Of a DNA stretch of 64,000 nucleotides, positions 19,600 to 27,998 are shown piece after piece. Numbering within the stretch: position 1 is the stretch's first letter; the number at the start of each line of letters is the position of its first letter. The translations under genes and the position numbers were made by a program. The notes under the pieces were generated by a model that saw nothing but the letters and a program-made list of their open reading frames with translations, did not search any database and had not been told where the DNA came from. This DNA is from Vulcanimicrobiota bacterium. Its GTDB lineage: Bacteria; Vulcanimicrobiota; Xenobia; Xenobiales; JADMJV01. Location of the stretch: the NCBI GenBank assembly GCA_050250895.1, contig JBFWNU010000003.1, positions 128,001-192,000 on the forward strand, read 5' to 3'.

Positions 19600-20517
19600 A
19601 TGGAGACCCAAAGTCGCGGCATTCCTCAGCCTGATAGCGATGGTAACTATACCTCGCCACCGTTGGCGGCCATTCGGCGTGTGTGGGGAGACTACCAGCA
19701 AGAGATCGCTAGCGAAGAGGACGTGGTCACTGTCCTGCAAGCGGTGGCCGACTTCGCCCAACTGCAGGTCGAGCAACTCGAGGCTCAGCTCGAAGCCGGA
19801 GTGAGCCAGGTCGAGAACGCGGCCTTCCTTCGCATTCTCGAGGCCTTCGAGCTGCATCACGAGGCTCTCGAGCTGATGGCCGAGCACTTCGAGGCCCCCG
19901 AAGAGGGCTTGTTCGAGCGAGGGTTGGCTATCGTGCAAGAGGCCACTAACGAGCTGATGGCCGGCCATCAGATGCTGCTCGACGATATCGAGGCGGCCGG
20001 CCAGGTCAACTGCATGTTCTGCTCGGCCCCCAACCCGCGCGGCACCGACAAGTGCGCCCGTTGCGGCCGCAGCCTGCTGGTGCCCGGCGAGGCCCGCTCG
20101 GCCATTTCGGTGGTCAACGCCGAAGGCCTCGACAACTCTGCCGGCCAGGGCCAGGTGACTCAGAACTTCGCCCTGGTCAAAGGCGCGGTCGAGGCCTGGC
20201 GGGCCGAGCAGCTCTCGTCTGACGACCTGCTGGCTCAACTCGAGCAGGTCGAGGAAAACCTGGCCGGCCATCGGGCCTCCAACGAAGAGGCCGCCTCCCG
20301 CCTGGAAGAGGCCCCCCCCGAACGCCGCCAGGCCATCACCGCCGCCCTCGAGCAAACCGATGTCGCCATCGCCCATAACCTGGCCGCTATCGAGAAGATG
20401 AAGCTGGCCTTCGTCAAAGAAGACGACACTTACCTGGTCAACGGCCTGGCCGACCTCGAGCACGCCTCGCGTCTGACCCTGGCCGCCTTTCAAGCCCTCA
20501 AGTCGGCCAACAGCTAG
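19600..20517 (+). CDS. helical hypothetical protein with central Zn ribbon
   Basis: CMFC...CARCG flanked by acidic helical regions. Confidence 0.8.
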   Translation: METQSRGIPQPDSDGNYTSPPLAAIRRVWGDYQQEIASEEDVVTVLQAVADFAQLQVEQLEAQLEAGVSQVENAAFLRILEAFELHHEALELMAEHFEAPEEGLFERGLAIVQEATNELMAGHQMLLDDIEAAGQVNCMFCSAPNPRGTDKCARCGRSLLVPGEARSAISVVNAEGLDNSAGQGQVTQNFALVKGAVEAWRAEQLSSDDLLAQLEQVEENLAGHRASNEEAASRLEEAPPERRQAITAALEQTDVAIAHNLAAIEKMKLAFVKEDDTYLVNGLADLEHASRLTLAAFQALKSANS

Positions 20518-20518
20518 A

Positions 20519-20680
20519 CTCGCTGCGCTCGCCAGGGAGCGAAGCTCGCGGGCTCGCTTCGGGAAAGGAGCGAAGCTCGCTGAGCTCGCTTCGGGAGAAG
20601 GAGCTCTTGCTTCGCGCGAGGGAGAAGGGGCGACCCTGCGGGCCGGGAGAAGAAGCGTCGGTCGCTACCGCTCCCTCCGA
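20519..20680. repeat. REP-like palindromic repeats
   Basis: Two tandem units ggagcgaagctcgc(gg/tga)gctcgcttcggga followed by degenerate hairpins. Confidence 0.6.
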
Positions 20681-21183
20681 GGTTGGACTTCCGTGCGGAA
20701 GTTGCCCGGAATCGGCCCGACAAACTGGTGCGGAGCTGGAACGGCGCTTTCGTGGTGGCTGTCAGGCCGGGCTCGATCACCGGCGTCGCGCAGTTTCTTC
20801 TTGCGCAGGTTGCCGGAGTTGACGGCGGTCCCGGCTGGCTCGACGGCCGTCAGCCGGTTGGAGTCGTCCGAGTCGTTCGCGTACGGCTCGGGTTGAGAAC
20901 CCGGGCGATCGTGGTGCCATTATTGTCGTGGTTAGACGACTCCACCAGCTCGTCTACCCCTCCGCGCACACGTGTGTCAAAATTATTTTCCGATGCGGCC
21001 GCCGAACCGCCTCGGAGGAGCCTCACCCCTAGACTGCTCGTGATAGCCCCTCCAGGACCCCCTCAGGCATTTGAACAGCCGAGTTTGAAGAAATCTTCAT
21101 TTCGGCCTCGAAAAGCTCGAATAATCATCGCTCAGAAAATGCGCAATTGCCTGTAAAATAAGGGTTTGAGTCGCATCGAATCT

Positions 21184-21213
21184 TTGACGAACAAGGGGAG
21201 CAAAGACTATCAT
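21184..21213 (+). promoter_or_regulatory. sigma70-like promoter of the HNH gene (leaderless)
   Basis: TTGACG-N18-TATCAT with ATG 6 nt downstream; hexamers identical in copy 2 (55609-55638). Confidence 0.6.
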
Positions 21214-21219
21214 GGATTT

Positions 21220-22278
21220 ATGATTACCGATGACAAGCAACGCGAATTCTGGACCCTCGAAAACTTGAGCAAGCTCCCTTATGAGCGGCTGGAAAGGGTG
21301 ACCCGTCGCCTGGCCAACACCCTGGCCCTGACTCGCATCCTGCTGGGGCGATGTCTGTTGGCTATCGAGCGCACCGACTTCTGCGCCCAGACCGGCTGCC
21401 ATTCGGCTATCCACTTCGCCCGGCTCATCAAAGTCGAGAAGCGCGAGGCGCTAGATTCAATGAGGATCGCCGGCCATCTCGAAGGGCTGCCGCTGTTTTC
21501 CAAAGCCTGCGAAGAGAACAGAATCTGCTGGTCCAATCTGCGTGTTGTCACCCGCATCGTGACGCCCGAGACCGAAGAGGCCTGGCTTGACCTGGCGGTG
21601 CGCCTCAAGCCTCATCGCCTGGCCCGTCTGGTGGCCGGGGCCAATCGCGGTGACACTCCGGCTGAAGCGGCCCTGAACATGGTAGAAGAGGTGGAGCTTC
21701 GTTTTCGGGTCGCTCCCGAGGTGTCCGAGCTGTGGTCGCGAGCCGTGACCGTGATCTCGAGAGACCATGGGGGCACGGTCAATCCGGCCGAGGCGTTCGA
21801 ATGGATCCTGGCCGACTTTCTGGGTGGCCAGGTAGAGCAGCTCAAGGTTGAGGCCGCCCAGGACCTGGTCGCTCCGGTCGAGGCACTGGCAATGCGGACA
21901 CACGTGTGTCCGGGCGAGTCGAAGTTGCAACTGGCCGGACGGTTGAGGTTCAATCCCAGCAAGCGGCAGGCGACTGCCGCCCAGCGCCGGGCAGTGCTGC
22001 GGCGGGATGGCTATCGCTGCTCTTGTCCGGGTTGCCCCAACCGACTCTGGCTCGATGTGCATCACGTGGTATTCTACTGTCGGGGCGGACCGACGGTGCC
22101 CGAGAATCTGGTGGTGGTGTGCTCGCGCTGCCACAAGAACATCCATCGGGGCATCCTGCAAGTGAGCGGGGTGGCGCCCCGGGAGCTGGTCTGGCGCGAT
22201 CGTCGCGGCCGTGACCTCGAACGCCAGCGAGAGAGCGGGCTATTGGAATGGCTGCTGGAATGGGCTCGAGCTGGCTAA
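21220..22278 (+). CDS. DUF222-like domain plus C-terminal HNH endonuclease
   Basis: RRAVLRRDGYRCSCPGC..LDVHHV..GGPT..ENLVVVCSRCHKNIH; N-region resembles DUF222; start set at MITDD. Confidence 0.88.
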   Translation: MITDDKQREFWTLENLSKLPYERLERVTRRLANTLALTRILLGRCLLAIERTDFCAQTGCHSAIHFARLIKVEKREALDSMRIAGHLEGLPLFSKACEENRICWSNLRVVTRIVTPETEEAWLDLAVRLKPHRLARLVAGANRGDTPAEAALNMVEEVELRFRVAPEVSELWSRAVTVISRDHGGTVNPAEAFEWILADFLGGQVEQLKVEAAQDLVAPVEALAMRTHVCPGESKLQLAGRLRFNPSKRQATAAQRRAVLRRDGYRCSCPGCPNRLWLDVHHVVFYCRGGPTVPENLVVVCSRCHKNIHRGILQVSGVAPRELVWRDRRGRDLERQRESGLLEWLLEWARAG

Positions 22279-22518
22279 GTTGCGGCGACGGAGAAGTGAC
22301 CCCCGATACTAGAACTTTCTCTGGCGGAGGGGGTCGCTGAGCCGTCGCCCCGGGCGGGCTCGTTTCGTGCGCAGTTCCATCAGGTTCGACGTGGTCTGAG
22401 AACTGCGCCCGCGCGCCTTTCAGCGACGCTCACGCCCTTCTCCGTTGCAGTCCTTGCTCACGTCCCGCGGCGCTGGCGAGCGCCCTTTGGGCAAAGAGAG
22501 CGCCAGCGCCCCGGTGGC
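22279..22518 (+). ncRNA. candidate structured ncRNA, copy A (~240 nt)
   Basis: Nested stems 22285-96/22437-48, 22296-304/22329-37, 22338-48/22423-32, 22369-77/22400-08 and 22469-78/22501-10; G-U pairs favour the + strand; three copies in the window. Confidence 0.55.
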
Positions 22519-22521
22519 GTT

Positions 22522-23043
22522 TCAGATACGACACGCGTCCTGAGGTTTCGGCCCGACCGAGCGTCCGGTTCCAAGCTTCTGCGCACGAATACAGTCAAAC
22601 AGTTCGTCACGTCCGATTCTGATTCTCTTAACAGATCCTTCTCTAGTCACTCGCATTTCGAAGGTCTCAACCTCCTGGTGACAGGCGTCGAGAAGAGCCG
22701 ATGGCCCAGTAATCTCGACGCCGTTAACAGCCTGCAATAGGTCGCCAGCTTCTAGGCGCATACAAGCGAAAGCTCCTTGTGGCTCCCTGATTAGCAAGCC
22801 TCCATCAACAAACTCCGCAGGAGGCAAGTATTGCCTTTCGGGTTCGACTTTCTGCTCGTCCTGGGATTCGTGCGCATTTTCTCGCTCCGCTAGTCGCGGA
22901 TAGCACTTTCCCCCTCCATTAACCTGATGTGAGGAACTAACCCGCGTGGTGGTGTCGACTGTTCGGCTGACAAGCTGGGCTCCCAGAGCGACAAAGGCCA
23001 AGACCACAATGATTGTAAGGCTGTTTGCGAGTGATATCTTCAT
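22522..23043 (-). CDS. membrane-anchored PDZ-like protein, putative immunity or partner of the Rhs toxin
   Basis: N-terminal TM; LEAGDLLQAVNGVEI (PDZ-like); ATGA overlap with the toxin stop; lower GC. Confidence 0.65.
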   Translation of the reverse strand: MKISLANSLTIIVVLAFVALGAQLVSRTVDTTTRVSSSHQVNGGGKCYPRLAERENAHESQDEQKVEPERQYLPPAEFVDGGLLIREPQGAFACMRLEAGDLLQAVNGVEITGPSALLDACHQEVETFEMRVTREGSVKRIRIGRDELFDCIRAQKLGTGRSVGPKPQDACRI

Positions 23044-24281
23044 GGCATGTACCTGGTTCCCTCAAAGAGAATGTTCGGGTGCGACTCTATGATTTGCCCC
23101 CTCATACCCTCGAAGTTGCCTTTAAAGAGATCCTTGCGAAAGGCTTCCTGAGCTTCGCGCATCTTGTCTAGCTCTGGAGGGTACAACATTCCGAAGAGAC
23201 TAGAAAGGGTTTCTGCAAAAACCTCCGAGTTAAGTTGGTCATCGGAGTTTTTCCGGCTTGCTCCATAAAAAGTCCACCAAACGTAGTGACCGCACTCGTG
23301 AACCAAGGTATTTAACTCAACTAGCCGAAATGGTCGGGGCTGCTTTTCTATGAAGATGTCCACAGACCCGTCTTCATTCAACCTTGCCGCTCCGTATTTC
23401 CCACCCATGCGTTCAATGTCATTGCCCTTCACGTAATTGATTTTTGGAGGCGGCACCAGAGCTTGGGCTAGGCCCAGATAGAGCGAGTCCGCTCCTTGTT
23501 CCAGAGAGCCGAACCAAGATTCCAAGCCACTCGGGTCGACCTTGCCAATCGGATTCCCGCCAACATACCCATACAGGTTCAAGCCACCCGCAAACCCGAT
23601 CGGGTCGCGACTCAAGAACCTGGCGGTGGCGGGGTCATAATGGCGCTGGCGCATGTAGAGCAAGCCGGTATCGGCGGTGTCGTCGTGGACGCCCAGGCCA
23701 CCCACGTAGGTCTTCGGACTCACCACCGAGCCCGAGTAGGCGATCTGCTGGCCGAACTCGTCGTATTCATAATAGGCCAACTGACTGCCATCGGCGCCGT
23801 CCACGACCACCCGCACCGATGAGAGCCCATCGGTTAGGAAGAAGCGGAAGTCGCCACCGCGGTCAAAGCCCAGGAGTTGGTGACCCATGAAGTAGCTGAT
23901 CTCCACCGGTGAACCGGCGCTCGGCGTCTCGACCTCGCTCACGGTTGGCAAGCCAGAGAAGTGGCTACGGGTCTCGGTACCGTCGGCAGCAGTCTTGAGC
24001 TTGCGCAAGCCGCCAGTATCGTAGTGTTGGACGACGGTCTCGTCGGCAGGTTGTTTCTCGACCGCAACCAAACGGTCGAAAGTATCCCACGAGAAAGTGT
24101 TGGTGTTGGTGCCGTCGTCCGACTCGATCATGTCCCCATCATCGTCGTAGGCAAAGGTCTCCACCGATGTCGTGAAATCTCCTTCGTCCCGAGACTGGAA
24201 GGTCCCGGAGAAGATCTCCTGGAGTTGATTCGCGTCGTCATAGTCGTAAAGGTAGCTCACGCTAGCTCCGTGGTCGTCCAT
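23040..24281 (-). CDS. Rhs repeat-associated core with C-terminal HExxH metallopeptidase-type toxin (3' part of a broken rhs gene)
   Basis: GLLYMRQRHYDPATARFLSRDPIG..NLYGYVGGNP..DPSGL; C-terminal domain has VHECGH...SEVFAE. Confidence 0.85.
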   Translation of the reverse strand: MDDHGASVSYLYDYDDANQLQEIFSGTFQSRDEGDFTTSVETFAYDDDGDMIESDDGTNTNTFSWDTFDRLVAVEKQPADETVVQHYDTGGLRKLKTAADGTETRSHFSGLPTVSEVETPSAGSPVEISYFMGHQLLGFDRGGDFRFFLTDGLSSVRVVVDGADGSQLAYYEYDEFGQQIAYSGSVVSPKTYVGGLGVHDDTADTGLLYMRQRHYDPATARFLSRDPIGFAGGLNLYGYVGGNPIGKVDPSGLESWFGSLEQGADSLYLGLAQALVPPPKINYVKGNDIERMGGKYGAARLNEDGSVDIFIEKQPRPFRLVELNTLVHECGHYVWWTFYGASRKNSDDQLNSEVFAETLSSLFGMLYPPELDKMREAQEAFRKDLFKGNFEGMRGQIIESHPNILFEGTRYMP

Positions 24282-24970
24282 GAACTTGCGGTTGTCGGAC
24301 TCATCGTATTGATAAGTTCGCTGCGCCGACGGAGTAGCCCCCCCCTACACCTCGCTTGACTTCCGTCAATCGATTCAGGAAGTCGTAGGAGTATTCCCAG
24401 CGGATGTCCTGGGCCGGCGTTCCGCTTTTCTCATCCATGGAGACGCGGTTGCTCGAAGCGAAGAATCTCGGTGCCGTCCTTCTCGTAACGCAGACACGTC
24501 AATTGGCCGTTTTGGTTCCAGCCAGGGCCGGGTGTCATCGCGCCGTCGTCAAACTTGGCCACGATTTCGCTATCGGTAGGGTAGACGATCTCGGCGAGGC
24601 GCCCGGCCGCGTCGTAGGAGTAGACGAATTCGCCCACATCAGAGCTATCGCGCTCGATGATGACCTTCGAGTGGAGGCCGTCATTCTGGTATTCGTAACG
24701 GGTCGCGTTGCCGTTCGGGTCGACCATCCTCAGCAGCTCGCTCTCTCGAGAGTAGCTGTAGTCGATGGTCTTGCCATCGCCAAAGGTCACGCGGGTGATG
24801 CGGTCCAGCGAGTCGTACTCGTAGCGTCTTCGGCTACCGTGCCGTGCCCAGCTGACCTCAGGCCATTCGTTGAGCAACTCTTCAAAGTCAAATTGATCTC
24901 TGGCAACAGACGCGAGTTCTCCACAGCTATGCTCGACGATCCTCCTGAAGGCCCTAAGCTCGTTTTCCAT
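24282..24970 (-). pseudogene. frameshifted Rhs YD-repeat segment
   Basis: YEYDSLDR, YSYDAAGR and WEYSYDFLNRL repeats; frame breaks near 24450 and at the C8 tract 24338-24345. Confidence 0.8.
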
Positions 24971-25062
24971 CCTCAGCCCTCGCTCGGCCGATGTTGCTCC
25001 AGCCCCACTCGGCCGAATCCCCGCGAAGCGGCTCCTTCTCCCGCCGACGCAGTCGGCGCTCC

Positions 25063-25132
25063 CTACCGACTACCGTCTACCGACTACCAACTACCGTCTA
25101 CCGTCTACCGTCTACCGACTACCGACTGCCGT
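25063..25132. repeat. heptanucleotide tandem repeat (CTACCGW x10)
   Basis: Ten consecutive 7-mers ctaccga/ctaccgt (two variants), overlapping the stop of the hydrolase gene. Confidence 0.9.
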
Positions 25133-26752
25133 CTCAGCGGCCGGCGGCGAGTGGGCGAAGTCGATCATCGCGTCTTTGACCTCGGGGTTGAACATAATAC
25201 CGACATGGCCGCCGCGCTCGTAGACGTGGAGGGCTTCGTTGGGCCCCTGCTGGCCTTCGAGCTGACGATAGGTCTCGACGTTCTCGGGCAAGAGGATGTA
25301 GTCGTCCTGCGAGACGATGGTCATCACCGGAGTGTCGTCGATGACCTCGAGGGCGCGGCTGTAGCTATACTCTGAACTCATCTGCTGAGGAGTCATCTGG
25401 TGCTGGCGCAGCCAGGCGTCCTGCGACATCCAGACGTCCGAGAACTGGTCGTAGTCGAGTTGGTGTAGTGCTCGATAGTGCTCGCGCATGATCTGGTTGC
25501 GCTCTTCGCCGCGGGCCCAGCGATTCTCGGGGCGATGGGCGGGCAAGAGGTCGTGGTCGAACTGCCGGTCGACCCGGTCGATCATGTCCTCCATGCCATC
25601 CCGCGAGCCGTAGCGGTCGGCGATCTTGATGTCGGTGGTGTTCTGGTGGCGTGAAGCGAGCTCGCTCTCCATGAAGCGCTCATAGCCATACTCGCGCACC
25701 TGGTTGCGGTATTTCAGGCCGGTGAAGATGATCGAGCCTTCGACGCTCGGTCCCTCATAGTGCTGGCGCAGACCGTCGAGGGCGTGCATCGAGTCGTAGA
25801 GGTTCTCGGGCGGGCTCAGGGCCACCAGCGAGCCGGTGAACAAGCGCGGCTGGCCGGCGTCGGCCAGCTCTTCGTCATAGCGCACAGCGTTGGCGCCGAG
25901 CAGCGCGCCGTAAGAGTAGCCGGCCACGGATACTTGACCAAAATAATCGGGATACCGTTCTTTGAGTTGAGAAACGATATCGCGCACCGCCCGTGCTTCC
26001 AGGCCCGGGTTGCCGGGATGGAAGAACGGGTCCTCAGTCATGGCGTCTTTGCTGAGAGCGTTGGGAATGGCCACATAGTTCATGCCGCGCTCGAGCGCCA
26101 TGCGCTTGAAAGCCACCGTCAGCGAACCGCCGGGATCGCCGTAGATGCCGGGCAAGATGACCAGCATGGGCGCGTTGGGGCCGTTCTGCAGACCCATGCG
26201 GATGTCGAAGCGATCGTCATACTGGTCTAAAACGCGTAGTTTGATCTTCATCTCGTCGCGCACGCCGCCGCCGCGACCGGCGTCGATGCTGTTAGCGATC
26301 GAGGCCACGTAGGGATCGATGTCGTGAAAGGTGAGGTTGTTCATACGGTCACGGGTCTCGCTGATGGTGACCGGGGCCAGGCCGTCAGCGTGCAGACCGG
26401 GCACGATAGGCCGGGTTTCGCCGGTGCCGGGCAGAGAGAGGCGCTGCCACTGCTCGCTGGTGGGATCGCCCTGCCACTCGAGCACCTCGGATTGGCTGAA
26501 TTCTGGGGGAGGCGCGGGTGGGGTGGCGGCCGAGATCAGCCCGCCGATGACGCCGATGGCTCCCAGGCCGATCAGCGACCACTTCTGCCATGGCTTGAGG
26601 TGGATGCCCTGGGGAGTCTGAGCCGCCTGATCGAGCTGGACTTGATCGGTGGGCAACGCCGCTGGCGCCGGTCCGCTCTGAGGAGCAGACTTGGGGGGAG
26701 CGCTGCGGGCGCTGAGAAGACCAGTCTGTTTTGGCGCGTCATAGACAAGCAT
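25112..26752 (-). CDS. membrane-anchored alpha/beta hydrolase
   Basis: LVILPG, nucleophile elbow GYSYG, SQDD and GGHVG motifs; one TM. Confidence 0.8.
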   Translation of the reverse strand: MLVYDAPKQTGLLSARSAPPKSAPQSGPAPAALPTDQVQLDQAAQTPQGIHLKPWQKWSLIGLGAIGVIGGLISAATPPAPPPEFSQSEVLEWQGDPTSEQWQRLSLPGTGETRPIVPGLHADGLAPVTISETRDRMNNLTFHDIDPYVASIANSIDAGRGGGVRDEMKIKLRVLDQYDDRFDIRMGLQNGPNAPMLVILPGIYGDPGGSLTVAFKRMALERGMNYVAIPNALSKDAMTEDPFFHPGNPGLEARAVRDIVSQLKERYPDYFGQVSVAGYSYGALLGANAVRYDEELADAGQPRLFTGSLVALSPPENLYDSMHALDGLRQHYEGPSVEGSIIFTGLKYRNQVREYGYERFMESELASRHQNTTDIKIADRYGSRDGMEDMIDRVDRQFDHDLLPAHRPENRWARGEERNQIMREHYRALHQLDYDQFSDVWMSQDAWLRQHQMTPQQMSSEYSYSRALEVIDDTPVMTIVSQDDYILLPENVETYRQLEGQQGPNEALHVYERGGHVGIMFNPEVKDAMIDFAHSPPAAETAVGSR

Positions 26753-26801
26753 AGAGACCCTCCGGCCCCAAGCCTAACGCGTCGAAGGCGGCAGGTTTAG
26801 A

Positions 26802-27998
26802 TCAGGAAGTTAACATTCCGACCGGTTGCAGAGCCCGCCGGGGCTGGGCCCGTTTCCAGCAGGAGTAGAGCACCTCGGCCGGTTGCTCGAAGCGAGTCAG
26901 CAAGATCATGGCCGCCACCACGAAGGGCTTGTGGCCGGCCTCGCGATACGTGTCCAGGCGAAAGCGCTCGAAGACCGAGGCGGCCACCTCGCCGGCCGGG
27001 CAGCTGACCCCGCTGATGTCGGCCGGAAGGCAGTGGCAGTAGAGGGCGTCGTTGGTGGTGGCCATGAGCTTCTCGGTGCACTCCCAGTCTCGGTGGCGGG
27101 CGTTTTGGGCCAGGGCCTCTCGCTCGAGTTCGGCCAGCTGGTTGGATTGGCCGGCCCGCAACAGTTCGGTGCGGCGTTCCATGACCTGGCGGGGAGCCCA
27201 GCTTTTGGGATAGACGAGGTCGGCTCCGGCGAAGGCTTCTTGCATCGAGTGGGTGATGGTGAACGAGCCACCGCTGGCGGCGGCAAAGCGAGTAGCGGCC
27301 TCGAGCGGTTCGTCGACCAGTTGGTAGCCCTCGGGATAGGCCAGGCTCACCTCCATGCCAAAGCGCGTCATGAGAGCCACGATGCCCTGGGGCACCGACA
27401 AAGGCTTGCCGTAGCTGGGCGAGTAGGCCCAGGTCATGGCCAGCTTTTTACCCCGTAGGGCCTCGAGGCTGCCGAAGTGTTCCACCAGGTGACCCAGGTC
27501 GGCCAGGGCCTGGGTGGGGTGGTCGAGGTCGCACTGCAGATTGAGCACCGACGGTCGCTGCATCAACACGCCCTGCTCGAAGCTCTCCTGGATCGAGGCG
27601 GCCGTCTCGACCATCGAGGCGTGCCCGTGGCCCAAAAACATGTCGTCGCGAATGCCCACCGTCTCGGTGAGAAAGCTCAGCATGGCTGCCGTCTCGCGGA
27701 CCGTCTCGCCGTGGGCCAGCTGCGAGGTTTCTTCGCTGAGTTCTTCGGTGGAAAGTCCCAGCAGGTTGCAGCCCGACTTGAAGGCGTAGCGGGTTCGCGT
27801 TGATTTGTCGCGGAAGATGCTGTAGCCCATTCCGCTCTCGAACAGGCGCAGCGAGATGCCGCGCCGGGCGATCTCGCGCAGGGCCTGGGCGGCCAGCAGG
27901 GTGCTGCGGATGGCCCGCTCGTCGAGTTCCCAACTGAGCAAAAAATCTCGGTTGTAAAGCGGGCTCGGGCCGAGTTGGTCGAGTAGGGTCGGAATCAT
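26802..27998 (-). CDS. ygeW: knotted carbamoyltransferase, YgeW family
   Basis: FRDKSTRTR, HGETVRET, HPTQ, WAYSPSYGKPLSVPQG and HCLPADI; start reassigned to MIPTLL. Confidence 0.9.
   Translation of the reverse strand: MIPTLLDQLGPSPLYNRDFLLSWELDERAIRSTLLAAQALREIARRGISLRLFESGMGYSIFRDKSTRTRYAFKSGCNLLGLSTEELSEETSQLAHGETVRETAAMLSFLTETVGIRDDMFLGHGHASMVETAASIQESFEQGVLMQRPSVLNLQCDLDHPTQALADLGHLVEHFGSLEALRGKKLAMTWAYSPSYGKPLSVPQGIVALMTRFGMEVSLAYPEGYQLVDEPLEAATRFAAASGGSFTITHSMQEAFAGADLVYPKSWAPRQVMERRTELLRAGQSNQLAELEREALAQNARHRDWECTEKLMATTNDALYCHCLPADISGVSCPAGEVAASVFERFRLDTYREAGHKPFVVAAMILLTRFEQPAEVLYSCWKRAQPRRALQPVGMLTS

Larger units (their letters stand above)
20781..22518 (+). mobile_element. repeated HNH element, copy 1 (conserved leader, DUF222-like/HNH gene, structured 3' sequence)
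   Basis: Aligns by eye with 55275-56920 across leader, ORF and trailer while the flanks differ; no TIR or TSD seen. Confidence 0.7.

Noticed and set aside
21220-22278. IscB/Cas9/TnpB assignment for the HNH gene
   Set aside because: No PLMP, split RuvC or TnpB motifs are visible; the HNH domain is C-terminal after a DUF222-like region
22279-22518. Group II intron remnant, hammerhead ribozyme or canonical attC
   Set aside because: GAGCCG is not followed by a domain V structure and no reverse transcriptase is present; the CUGAnGA/GAAA core with stem II is not satisfied; no RYYYAAC/GTTRRRY ends or integrase are seen
20781-22518. Classical IS with terminal inverted repeats and target duplication
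   Set aside because: No convincing TIR or TSD by eye, and no DDE or HUH transposase
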